From Octopus sinensis (lineage: Eukaryota): a stretch of 64,000 nt of DNA. The position numbers and the translations under genes are program-made. The notes under the pieces are model-generated. The model was not told where the DNA came from. It saw only the letters and a program-made list of their open reading frames with translations, and did no database searches. Shown here in pieces: positions 40,593 to 52,745 of this stretch. Positions within the stretch are counted from its first letter, which is position 1, and every line of letters starts with the position of its first letter. The DNA lies in assembly GCF_006345805.1 (NCBI RefSeq), contig NC_042997.1, positions 108,438,001 through 108,502,000 of the forward strand. The letters are read 5' to 3'.

Positions 40593-40612
40593 TGATTCCT
40601 TTGTATGCATAT

Positions 40613-41040
40613 ATGCAGGAGTGGCTGTGTGGTAAGTAGCTTGCTAACCAACCACATGGTTCCGGGTTCAGTCCCACTGTGTGGCATCTTGGGCAAGTGT
40701 CTTCTGCTATAGCCCCGGGCCAACCAATGCCTTGTGAGTGGATTTGGTAGACGGAAACTGAAAAAAGCCCGTCGTATATATGTATATATATATATATATG
40801 TATGTATGTGTGTGTATATGTTTGTGTGTCTGTGTTTGTCCCCCCAACATCACTTGACAACCGATGCTGGTGTGTTTACGTCCCCGTCACTTAGTGGTTT
40901 GGCAAAAGAGACCGATAGAATAAGTACTGGGCTTACAAAGAATAAGTCCCGGGGTCGATTTGCTCGACAAAAGGCGGTGCCCCAGCATGGCCGCAGTCAG
41001 TTGACTGAAACAAGTAAAAGAGTAAAAAAAGAGTAAAGAG
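40613..41040 (+). mobile_element. tRNA-derived CORE-type SINE family B, representative copy
   Basis: GGAGTGGCTGTGTGGTAAG..GGTTCAGTCCC..CTTGGGCAAGT, internal (TA/TG)n, tail TGACTGAAACAAGTAAAAGAG. Other copies near 13180, 20955, 33680-34228, 38838, 41655-42560, 42620, 53225, 61240. Confidence 0.85.
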
Positions 41041-41167
41041 TATGCATCTGCATATACATTTTAATATATGTATATGTGTTTATGTATATTTATGTATATG
41101 TGTGTATATGTAAAAGTATGTATATATGTATGTATTTATATTTATAACTTAACCTTGTGAACTTTCT

Positions 41168-41297
41168 AAACTCTCTGACGAAGCCCCGAGACACACCCAA
41201 GTACCTTAATCTTATTTGCCAAATACTCCAGTTCACTGGAGGGATAAAAGTAGAATGGGGTACTATGGCCCCTTTGCAGAAACAGCTGTAAGATTTT
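41168..41297 (+). ncRNA. Type I hammerhead ribozyme with expanded stem II
   Basis: AAACTCT-CTGACGA (41175-41181) ... GAAA (41279-41282)-CAGCTG-TA-AGATTTT. About 97 nt between core halves with internal hairpins (CTCCAG/CTGGAG, AGTACC/GGTACT). The closing pair of stem II is mismatched. Confidence 0.7.
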
Positions 41298-41984
41298 ATC
41301 CTACTTTCTATGCTCTACATTATATATTTTAATAATTACTGGTATTTTTATATTTTATATATTATATATGTAAAGCATAATATGTTATATATGTATGTAT
41401 ATTGCTATAATTGTCTTTTTTAAAAAATAGACATAATATATAATGTCTAAAAGTTGATGAATACCACCTCTTGGTCCCCTCCGTTTTCTTATTGCTCTAT
41501 AAATTAATGGTAAAATATCTCTTTGCCTTCACCCATTTATTACACTTGGTAATATAATTGCCATGCAATGAAAAAACACTTGGGTATTCTACCAGCAGTA
41601 TATTGGATAGATATCATCCCTTAGTTGGTTGGATTCACAACCTCTAACTTTCTTGGAGTGGCTGTGTGGTAAGTAGCATGCTTAACAACCACATGCTTCC
41701 GGGTTCAGTCCCACTACGTGGTACTTTGGGCAAGTGTCTTCTACTATAGCTTCGGGCTGACCAAAGCCTTGTGAGTGGATTTGGTAGACAGAAACTGAAA
41801 GAGGCCTGTCATATCATCATCATCATCATCATCGTTTAGTGTCCGTTTTCCATGCTAGCATGGGTTGGACGGGTCAACTGGGGTCTGTGAAGCTGGAAGG
41901 CTTCGTCAGGCCCAGTCAGATCTGGCAGTGTTTCTACGGCTGGATGCCCTTCCTAACGCCAACCACTCCGCGAGTGTAGTGGGT

Positions 41985-42325
41985 GTTTTTTACGTGCCAC
42001 CTGCACAGGTGCCAGACAGAGCTGGCGAACGGCCACGAACGGATGGTGCTTTTACGTGTCACCGGCACGGGGCCAGGCGATGCTGGCAACGGACACGAAT
42101 GGATGGTGCTTTTACGTGCCACCGACACGGGGCCAGACAGAGCTGGCAACCGGCCATGAACGGACGGTGCTTTTACATGTCACCGGCACAGGGGCCAGCC
42201 GAGGCTGGCAACGGACGCGAATGGATGGTGCTTTTACGTGCCACCGACACGGTTGCCAGACAGAGCTGACAAACGGCCACGAGCGGACGGTGCTTTTACG
42301 TGTCACCGGCACGGGGGCCAGCCGA
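41985..42325 (-). repeat. About 59-bp tandem repeat (about 6 units) within an RTE 3' UTR
   Basis: Unit GGATGGTGCTTTTACGTGYCACCGGCACGGGGCCAG..CTGGCAACGG.CACGAA. Confidence 0.85.
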
Positions 42326-42860
42326 TATATATATATATGTATGTGTGTGTATATTTTTGTGTGTCTGTGTTTGTCCCCCCAACATCGCTTGACAACCGAT
42401 GCGGGTGTGTTTACGTCCCCGTAACTTAGCAGTTCAGCAAAAGGCCCTGATAGAATAAGTACTAGGCTTACAAAGAATAAGTCCTGGGGTCGATTTGCTT
42501 GACTAAAGGTGGTGCTCCAGCATGGCCGCAATCAAATGACTGAAACAAGTAAAAGAGTAAAAGGGTAAATATATATATATGTATGTATGTATATAATTGT
42601 ATGTATTTGTTATTTGTGTTTGTCTCTCCACCATCGCTTGACAACCGATGTTGGTGTGTTTACGTCCCTGTAATGTAGCAGTTCGGCAAAAAGAGACCAA
42701 TAGAATGAGTACTAGGCTTACAAAGAATAAATCCTGGAGTTTGATTTGTTCGACTAAAGGTGGTGCTCCAGCATGGCTGCAGTCAAATGACTGAAACAAA
42801 CAAAAATAATAAAAGAATACACATACACACACACATCCATACACACACACACGTTCATAT

Positions 42861-42917
<57 letters not shown>

Positions 42918-42920
<3 letters not shown>

Positions 42921-44090
42921 TAATTACTTACCATATTGCAGTTCACGTATCATGCCTCAGTATATTGTGGGGTTTCTGTGGCTGATAAGTATTTATGTTT
43001 GTTTAGATTATAATTATTTCTGTGGCGAAATAAGCATTTTCATGCCTAAAAATTAATAAATAAAAATACAGTACAGTACTGCACTGTATAACACATTAAT
43101 TAAATTCTATTAAAAGAAAATTTGTTGTGTACCGTGGGTGAGTAAACAAAGTAACTGTATGGAAAATGAAACTCGGGAGGCAAGTGTGCGGTGTTGCTTT
43201 GCATTTGGGTGTAAAATTGTGAATTTATTTCAAGCCCCATGATGTCGCCCAAATGTTCCTCATCTTCTAAGGCTTCTGGCAGTGAACCCAAGTGCCAGAG
43301 GAAGAGGTTTACTATAGCGGAGAAGGTGAGACTCCTTCACATGCTTAAGGAAGGGAGAATGTATGCAGATGTATGCCACCATTACAGCATCAATGAATCT
43401 ACCATTCACTACATTAAGAAGGACGAAAAAAATAAGGGCAACAGTAAAAGTGACTTTTAAGAAGACGGTGAAAAAGGGTGGTAATTTGTGACAATAAGGT
43501 CATCGTAAGGATGGAGTCTGCATTATCCCTTTTGACAGTGACTGCAGGAAGAAAAACATTGCACTGGATACCAACACCATTGATGAGAAAGCCAGACAGC
43601 TGTACAGCAAGTTTATGGATGGCAGTGACGATGACCCAGAAGACCCTGGACCAGGACTATCTACAGTATCTCCCACCAAACCAAGTGAATTTAATACCAT
43701 CAAGGGCTGGTTTGATAAATTTCAAAGGAGGTCCAACCTTAAGAGTGTGTTCCTGAATGGAGAAGCTGCCTCTGCTGACACACCCGCTGCTGAGGAGTAT
43801 GTTCAAGACCATCATTGAGGAAAGGGGATATTCGCATGAACAAGTTTTCAATATGGATGAGACTGGCCCCTTTTGGAAATGGATGCCATTGTGGACTTTC
43901 ATTAAGAAGGAGCAGGCCAGAGCCCCTGGACTTAAGGCATACAAAGTTCATGTCACAATTACAATGTGTAGAAATGCTGCAGGCTTTATGATAAAGCCAG
44001 GGCTCATTTATAAATCCCAAAACTCAAAGGCCCTCAAAAACAAAAATAAAAACCTGCTGCCAGTGCACTGGATCCACAAACAGAAGGCAT
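42918..44090 (+). mobile_element. Tigger/pogo transposon 5' half, frameshifted
   Basis: TA-CAGT start; RKRFTIAEKVRLL..INESTIHYIKK (HTH), KGWFDKFQRR..GEAASAD, QVFNMDETGPFWKWMP. Ends abruptly at 44090. Confidence 0.9.
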
Positions 44091-44305
44091 GGGATTTTTG
44101 TCCCTTGTCACCCCCTCCCCAATGTGGTTAGCCATGATAAGATGGCTTCTATACTTTACATTATCGAGCGATTACTGTTTCAATCTCATTCTGAGATTTA
44201 ATTATGCTTACTGTTAGTTTTTCGACATCAGTGGCAGACGCCACTAGAAAAACTTATATATATTTGCAAAGCAGCCTTCACTTCCATCGCGACCTGGTGG
44301 TTACC

Positions 44306-44346
44306 GCCCGTTGACAAGGGACAAAAATCCCGAAAGTAGTTCGAGC
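44306..44346 (+). ncRNA. Hammerhead-like motif, variant or decayed core
   Basis: GCCCG-TTGACAA-GGGA(caaaaa)TCCC-GAAA-GTAG-TT-CGAGC: correct topology but several core deviations. Confidence 0.45.
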
Positions 44347-44534
44347 GTATTACTCAGGCTTGCAAGGAAGGGATGGCCTCCCTTTGCAAATACTCCAAGG
44401 GCACTGATATTGTGTCTAAAGCCAGCTAGAGACGACGATCTCTTGGGGCTATAAAGCTACAGTAACACCCCCTCCCCAATGTGGTTAGCCATGATAAGAT
44501 GGCTTCTATACTTTACATTATATATATATATATA

Positions 44535-45121
44535 TGTAAATATAATATGTGACAATTATTCGGTAGCCATGATAAAACTCCGAGTTTTGGATGTTGGGGC
44601 AGAAACCCACGCTGGAATCTCTTCAGTTATCAGGCCATCGAAAAAAATGCTATGAAAATGACCGTTAAAACAAAGGGAAATTACTGGGTGATTGACCGTT
44701 GTTAAGACAAAAGAGCTATTAGAATGACCGCTAAGTAAGGGGAGAGAGTAAAGGTAAGGGAGTAAAAATGTTCGTAGTAATTGTGTAAGCGCGCATGTAC
44801 ATATATACACGTGTACTCCAGCACACCCATGTACATGCGCCTATATGTATATGTATGGGCATATGCGCTTACGCGATTACTATGAACATTTTTATTCCTT
44901 TACCATTACTCCCTCCCCTTACTTAGCGGTCATTCTAATAGTTCTTTTGTCTTAATAATGGTCAATCACACAGAAATTTCCCTTTTTTTTAACGGTCATT
45001 TTAATAGCATTTTTTCCATGGCCCGATAACTGAAGAGATGCCGACGTAGGTTTCCACCCCGACATCCAGAACTCAGAGTTTTATCATGGCTAATGAATAA
45101 TTGTCACATATTACATTTACA
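44535..45121. repeat. About 590-bp imperfect palindrome
   Basis: TGTAAATATAATATGTGACAATTATTC ... GAATAATTGTCACATATTACATTTACA; arms can be followed to about 44810 and 44845. Confidence 0.9.
45025..45085 (+). ncRNA. Decayed hammerhead ribozyme (inverted twin at 44571-44631)
   Basis: GATAA-CTGAAGA-GATG..CATC-CAGAA-CTCAGAG-TT-TTATC. The twin has CAAAA-CTCGGAG-TT-TTATC. GAAA is mutated differently in each copy. Confidence 0.55.
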
Positions 45122-45201
45122 GATAAATTCCTCTATTTACATAATATTGAGGTCTCTTTCATTCTTTTGTTGTCTTGCCATTTCTATCAATATGTATATA
45201 T

Positions 45202-45527
45202 ATAATATAAGGGATATTAGCCAACCGAATATGGCTAGGGACAGGGCAGGGTGGTGGGGGTGTCACTGTTGCATTTAGCCCCAGGCGAACATCAACGTCA
45301 CCAGATAGGCCTGACGCCATCACGGCGTCCTCTATCTTGCAAAGGGAGATCATTCACCAAGAAGCAGATTGGTGAATGATCTCCCTTTGCAAGATAGAGG
45401 ATGCCGTGATGGCGTCAGGCCTATCTGGTGACGTTGATGTTCGCCTGGGGCTAAATGCAACAGTGACACCCCCACCACCCTGCCCTGTCCCTAGCCATAT
45501 TCGGTTGGCTAATATCCCTTATATTAT
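45202..45527. repeat. Near-perfect palindrome with 159-bp arms and 8-nt loop
   Basis: One mismatch seen. The ORF track shows the same peptide on both strands (45159-45353 -, 45376-45591 +). Confidence 0.95.
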
Positions 45528-45804
45528 GGAGCAATCACTGTCTATATCTCATTTAGAGAATTATTATTGCTGTATATATATATATATATAGAATATGGGA
45601 GTTTAGTTCACAGGTGATCTAAATGACTAGGTACGCTAGGTAAGTGCTGTAACAGATTACTAGGGATCCAAGGTTATAACCAAGACAGTAGTTATGGAGC
45701 CATTGCAGATTTCCAATATAGCGGATATATAATTGTTAAAGAGGACAACAAACATTAAGACAAGACAAACATCTCAAGTCATATACATTATTATTGTTAT
45801 TATT

Positions 45805-46878
45805 CTGGGTCGTGACTGCTGAGGACATGCGTAAGCTCATGAGGAATGAAGCCAGTATGCTTCGATGGATGTGTATTGTCAGTGTACATACTTGACAGAA
45901 TGTAAGTACCTTCAGAGAAAAGTTGGATCTAAGAAGCATCAGCTGTGCTGTGCAAGAGAGACGATTGCATTGGTATGGTCATGTGGCGAGAATGGATGAA
46001 GATAGGTGTGTGAAAAAGTGCCAATCCCTAGCGGTTGAGGGAACCCGTGGAAGAGGTAGACCCAGGAAAACCTGGGACGAGGTGGTGAAGCATGACCTTC
46101 AAACATTAGGCCTCACCAAGGCAATGACTAGTGACCGAGATCTTTGGAAATATGCTGTGCGTGAGAAGACCCGGCAGGACAAGTGAGTCCATCCTGTGTC
46201 CTTTGCCATGGATGTAGCCAGCCCACTTATGCATGCCTTTCTTTCCTTGGACACGCGAAGACCTGTTGAGGCAAGTGAAGTCGAAACTGAATTCAAAATC
46301 GAACCTCATCCGACGACTGGCACCCATGCCAACCTCTCTTCATTGGTCACTAAACTCTGCTTGCGAAGACCTGTTAGGGCAAGTGAAATCGGAATGGAAA
46401 TTGAACCAATCCTATGACTGGCACCCGGCAGTTGCCAGTGCTGCTGGACTGACTCCTGTGCAGGTGGCAAGTAAAGAAACACTGTTTCGACCCTGTGCTT
46501 GAGGAGACCTATTGCGTCAAGTACATTAATATTAAAAATCAATGGAAATTGTAGTTGTGATCCCTGTGCTGGTGGCACATAAAAAGCACCATCCGAACAT
46601 GGCCGATGGTAGTGCCTGGCTTCCATGCTAGTGGCACGTAAAAAGCACCAACCGATTGTGGCCGTTGCCAGCCTCGCCTGGCACCTGTGCCGGTAGCACG
46701 TAAAAAGCACCCACTACACTCACGGAGTGGTTGACGTTAGGAAGGGCATCCAGCTGTAGAAACACTGCCAGATCAGACTGGAGCCTGGTGCAGCCTTCTG
46801 GCTTCCCAGATCCCAGTCAAACTGTCCAACCCATGCTAGCATGGAAAACGGACGTTAAACGATGATGATGATGATGAT
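45805..46878 (+). mobile_element. RTE LINE 3' end with complete 3' UTR
   Basis: RRLHWYGHVARMDED..RGRPRKTWDEVV*, about 700-bp UTR ending AGGAAGGGCATCCAGCTGTAG..GGACGTTAAAC(GAT)n. Shows that the many free tail copies belong to this LINE. Confidence 0.9.
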
Positions 46879-47028
46879 TACAATGGGATTCTTACAGCAT
46901 CTATCTACCAAAGCCACTCACAAGGCTTTTGTTGACAATAGCAGTGTCTTGGATGGAACCAATTGCAGGAAATATGTGGAAATAGTTTATACAAGATATG
47001 ATCTAATATATATATATATGTATATATA

Positions 47029-47071
<43 letters not shown>

Positions 47072-50000
47072 GATAAATTTAAAAAAGGAAAGAAATCCCA
47101 GTTGGGCCTTAACAAAACAAAGTTTCTGACCCTTGTAGTGAGGAAGCAACAAAAGCAAAAGCTGAACTGAGCTGGGTTTGAACCGCTAACAGTGGTGTAA
47201 TAGGTCTGCTGGTCTCAAATTATTTAGTTGTATTGACCTACATAAGAAAGAGTGCCAGTGTGACCGGATTTATAATTAGCTCAAATGTTGTTGTTGCTGA
47301 TGCTGTTGTTGTTGCTGCTGCTGCTGTTGCTGTTGTTATAATAACAGATAAAGGTCGACTTTATCTTTCATCTTTTTAGGGTCGATAAAATAAGTTCCAG
47401 TTGAATGCTGGGGTTGATGTAATCGATTTATCCTCTCCCTGAAGTTGCTGGCCTTGTGCTAAAATTTGAAATCATCATCATCATCATTATTATTATTATT
47501 GGGTAAGCTGCCAGAATCGTTAGTACACCAGGTAAAATGCTTCACAACATTTAGTCCATCGCTACGTTCTGAGTACAAATTCATCTAAGGGTGACTTTGC
47601 CTTTCATCCTTTCGGGGTCGATAAAATAAGTACCAGTTGACTACTGGGGTCGATGTAATTGACTAGTCCCCTCCCCCCAAATTTCAGGCCTTTAGTAGAA
47701 AAGATTACTATTGTTGTTACTATTATTGCCACTGTTTAATATATAAATATTTATCTATTAAATATATATGTTTAATATATATGTGCTGCCATCTTCAGAC
47801 CCGCCCCCCATATTGTTAGTGATCTTAAGAAAGGCATCAACACCACAACCTCCGCCTTTGTTTTTTCATTTTACCTCTACTTTCATGCACCTCATCTTTT
47901 CATCTCATCAGAACCCCACTCATTTAAAACTCACTCCCTTCCTAGACCCTGTTATATAAACATAGTAGGGTCCTAATTATGCAATATAGTGTGGTGAAAA
48001 TCATCAATTAATGACATTATCTAGGCAATTAGCAAATGAAAACTTCCTTTAGGAGTGTTTAAAATATAAAAGCAAATACAAGGGAGATAACTTCAGTAAG
48101 ATGATGACAAATTTTGGGAAAATAAAGAAACTGTGGACATGGAGTGGTTTAGTGATTGGGTAGAGGAATTTTTAATTTCTTTAAAGTCTTGGGTCTATTT
48201 GTGAGCAAAGCTTGGTTTCTAGAGGAGGTACTGGGTCCATAAGGAGGGAAATCCAGTTCTAGACGCTCCCTCCTTGTTGGCTTTCTCACACACACATATG
48301 CTCATATACATACATACACACATACTAATCCAGCACCCAAGATACACTTTCAGCTTCATCCTATTATTGTTGGAGCAACAGGATACATACTGACCAGCCT
48401 GGAGCAGTGTATGACTGAGCCTGGGAGAACAGAAATCCCTAATTCAAATACTACAAATGATCACAATATATGGGGTTGTAAAAATCTGCAAGACATCATC
48501 ATTTAACATCCGTTTTCCATGCTAGCATGGGTTGGACGGTTTGACCTGGGTCTGGGAAGCCAGGAGGCTGCACCAGGCACCAGTCTGATCTGGCAGTGTT
48601 TCTACAGCTGGATGCCTTTCCTAACGCCAACCACTCCGTGAGTGTAGTTGGTGCTTTTTACGTGCCACCGGCACAGAAGGCAGTCAAGGTAGCGCTGGCA
48701 TTGACCACTTTCGGATGGTGCTTTTTACATGCCACCGGCGCAGGGATCACAACTCCTTGAGATTAAAAGGGAGATTAAAAGGAAAAAAGATGCTTTCCTT
48801 CACAATGTTGCTACCAAGGAAAGTGATTGATTAATTTTTTATACTAAATTGAAAAGAGAAGGAGAACATGTCTTTCTGTCTGTCTGTATGCGCACGTGTG
48901 TGTATGCATGTATGTATGTATGTGTGCATGCGTGTGTATATGTATGTGTGTATGTATGTATGTATGTATGCATGTACCTGTGTATGTATGTACCTGTGTA
49001 TGTATGCATGTGTGTGCATGTCTGTGTATGTATGAGTGTGTGTGTGTATGTGTGTGTGTGCGTGTCTGTGTATGTATGCATGTGTGTGTGTGTGCATGTA
49101 TGTGAGTGTGTTATGTATGTATGTATGTATGTGTGCGTGTGTGCTCACGTGTGTATGTATGTATGTGTGCATGTGTGCGCGCGCTTGTGTATGTGTGTGT
49201 TTCTGTGTATGTATGTATGTATGTAAGTAACTTAATAGCACCACCTGAAATAGATGTCTAAACCCCTTTGATACCCCCAACCGTGAAACTGCCCTTAGTT
49301 CTGTGATCCAAACTTCCTGCTTGAAAGTAATCGAAATTTGTTCTCAAAACAGTTGATTCTTCCAGCTAAACCCTTCAAGGCAGTGCTCCAGCATGGCCAT
49401 GTTGCAGTCCAATGATTAAGACAAGTGAAAGATAACAAAAAAAAATGCCAACCACTCCGTGAGTGTAGTGAGTGCTTTTTACGTGCCAGGGGAGGCTGGC
49501 AGTGGCGACAATAGGTGGGTGCTTTTTACATGTCACTGGCACAGAAGCCAGTCAAGGTGGCACTGGCATCGGCCATGTTCGGACGGTGCTTTTCACATGC
49601 CACCGGCACGGGTATCACAACTACAATTTCCATTTAATATTTATTTTGATGTTGATGTACTTGACTCAATAGGTCTCCTCAAGCACAGCAGGTCACCCTA
49701 CGATCCAAGGTAAGCAGGTCGTTCTGCAGGTAAGCACAGCAGGTCGTTCTATATATACATATATATATATATATAGAATAGTATTAAGCTATCATTGGAC
49801 TGTCCAATGATGGTTTAACTGGCTGAAACTTCAAAGTCAATACTATTCTGGTTAAAGAATAATAAATTTGTACTCTAGTAAATGTATTGAGTAAGCCTTC
49901 AGTCTACTGTAAAATTGCTTTTATTATAATAAGAGATAAAAAAACAAACATTGATATGTGTGTGTGTGCGTGTCATCATCATCATCATTTAACGTCCGTT

Positions 50001-50204
50001 TTCCATGCTGGCATGGGTTGGATGGTTTGACTAAGGGCTGGCAAGCCAGATGGCTGCACCAGGCTCCAATCCGATCTGGCAATATTTCTATAGCCAGATG
50101 CCCTTCCTAACGCCAACCACTCTGAGAGTGTAGTGGGTGCTTTTTACATGCCACCAGTGTGTGTGTGCATATATAAACACACACACACACACACACATAA
50201 TATA

Positions 50205-50770
50205 ACTAACTGTCACTCTGTCAGGTACGATGATGAGAGTACTCGTTGATCTGATCAACAGAACAGCCTGCTCAGGAAATTAATGTGCATGTGGCTGAGT
50301 ACTCCACAGACATGTGTACCCATTTCTTTACCATAAGGGGCTAAACACAGAGGGGACAAACAAGGACAGACAAATGGATTAAGTCGATTACATTGACCCA
50401 GTGCGTAACTGGTACTTAATTTATTGACCCTGAAAGGATGAAAGGCAAGGTCGACCTTGGCGAAATTTGAACTCAGAACGTAACGGCAGACAAAATACCA
50501 CTAAGCATTTTGCCCGACATGCTAATGATTCCGCCAGCTCGCCGCTCTACATGCTTACCCTTAACAGAGTTCTCAGGGAGATTTGTCGTGACAAAGAGCG
50601 TGACAAGGCCGGCCCTTTGAATTACAGGTACCACTCATTTTCACCAGCTGAGTGGACAGGAGCAATGTGAAATCAAATGCCTTGCTCAAGGTCACAATGC
50701 ATTGCTAGGAATTGAACTCACGATCTTGCGATCATGAGGTGCATACCCTAACCACTAAGCCACGCAGCTT
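50205..50770 (-). mobile_element. SINE with a nested family A SINE
   Basis: tRNA head at 50700-50770. Family A insert about 50322-50545 flanked by an imperfect TSD ACATGTGTACCC / ACATGCTTACCC. Confidence 0.7.
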
Positions 50771-51129
50771 CACTATATAATTTTATATCCCTATTCTTCT
50801 TCTTTAATCATATTTATACTTATAATAATCCCATATATATGGAAGAGATATCCCTCAACGGTGTTGGTGATAAAACCAGTGAAATTTCGGATATAATAAT
50901 CCCTTATGAGCATAAGATATCCTCGCATAAATTATATGTATGTATGTATGTGTATATATATATATATAAAAGCACCTATTACACTCTTGGAGTGGTTGGT
51001 GTTAGGAAGGGCATCCAGCCATAGAAACCTTGCCAAATCAGACTGGAGTCTGGAGCTGCCCCTTAGCTTACTGACCCTGGTCAAACTGTCCAACCCATAC
51101 CAGCATGAATAACAGACGTTAAATGATGA

Positions 51130-51170
<41 letters not shown>

Positions 51171-52189
51171 CATTGTTTAACGTCTGCCTACCATGCTGGC
51201 ATGGGTGGGATGGTTTGTCAGGAGCGAACCAGGCAGAAGCCTGCACCAGACTTTTACAGCTGGATGCCCTTCCTAACACCAACCACCCAGCAGAGTGAAC
51301 TTAGTGCTTTTTATGTGGCAAAAGCACAGATGAGGTCAGGTTTGGCAAGGTTTTTACGGTTAGGTGCCCTTCCAAATGACAACCACTTTAAAGTGTGGAT
51401 TGGGTGCTTTTTAAGTGGTGTCTTGCTGTAGAGGAGGTACATGGTTACCTGGTTGGAGAGAGAGAAAGAGAGAGGTGGGTGAATGAGGAGAGAGAGAGAA
51501 AAAACAGGAATGAAGACAGAGAGAGGTATGCTGCTGCAAAGGAAATACATGGTTACCCAACCTGAGGGAAGTGCAGAAGAAGGAGAGAGAGTGGGAGTGG
51601 GAGACAGCAGGATAGAGATGGTGGCAGAGTGCCAGGCAAACTCATAAGGGATGGGGATCAGAATATAAATGGGATGGTCGGGTAAAGGAAAAGTGGGATA
51701 CAAATGGGGGCAAGTGCCAGGGCAGGCCCTTGAGGGACAAAGGTCATAATATAAGTGGCAGGATATTGCTGAAAAAGCATGATTAGAGAGTGGGGAGAAG
51801 AAGTGAGTGGTGAAAACCTGGGTATATAGAGTAGTGGGGGGTGGGGCTAGCCGATAGCAATGATACAGAGAAACAGGATTGGGGAGTGATAGGTGGGCAT
51901 AGTGTATGACGGAGGAAATGTGAGGCAGAGAAGAGACGTAGATTGGTTTGTTGGGGTAGGGTGTGTGAGAAGTTTTCATATTACATGTGGGTGGAACACA
52001 CAGGTCGAGGGTGGATAGTAATGATACAGTGAGACAGGGCCAAGAGGACAGGATTGGGGAGTGGGAGGTATGTATAGCGCATGAAGTAGAAATGCAAGGA
52101 AGAGATGGAGAGATGTAGTTTAGTTTGTTGTGATAGGGTGTGTGAGAAGTTTTCTTGTTATGTGTGGGTGGGACACACAGCACTTCTGG

Positions 52190-52745
52190 AACTCAGTTCC
52201 ACTGACGTGGGCAGGTCTTCTCAAGAACCTCATATCACCAGACATCTCGGTCCATTGTCATTTCCACAATTGAGGCCCAGCATCCTGAGATCGGTCCCCA
52301 CCACTTCATCCCGGGTCTCCCTCTTCTGAGGGTACCTATTTCTTTACTACCCACAAGGGGCTAAACACAGAGAGGACAAACAAGGACAGACAAACAGATT
52401 AAGTCGAATATATCGACCTCAGTGCGTAACTGGTACTTAATTTATCGACCCCCGAAAGGATGAAAGGCAAAGTCGACCTCGGCGGAATTTGAACTCAGAA
52501 TGTAACGGCAGATGAAATATGGCTACACATTTTGCCCGGCGTGCTAACGTTTCTGCCAGCTCACTGCCTTATGCAGTTACTATCCACTTTCAGTGATCAG
52601 CACTTTTTTATGCAGCTGTCCTCATCCATGAGCATCACATCTCCAAACCAACATAGTCTTCTCTCTTGCATCTGATTCCTCTTGTGCCCAACTTTTCTCG
52701 CAACACATTTGCTTTGTGAAACACATGCACTGATGTTGCACACCC
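52190..52745 (-). mobile_element. RTE LINE fragment interrupted by a SINE (52338-52569)
   Basis: Reverse-complement match to the RTE C-terminus on both sides of the SINE. Confidence 0.7.

Noticed and set aside
45369-45527. HDV-like ribozyme (GGCTAA motifs)
   Set aside because: Could not build the nested double pseudoknot by eye.
51311-52183. 290-aa ORF
   Set aside because: Antisense of a purine-rich degenerate repeat; no domain.
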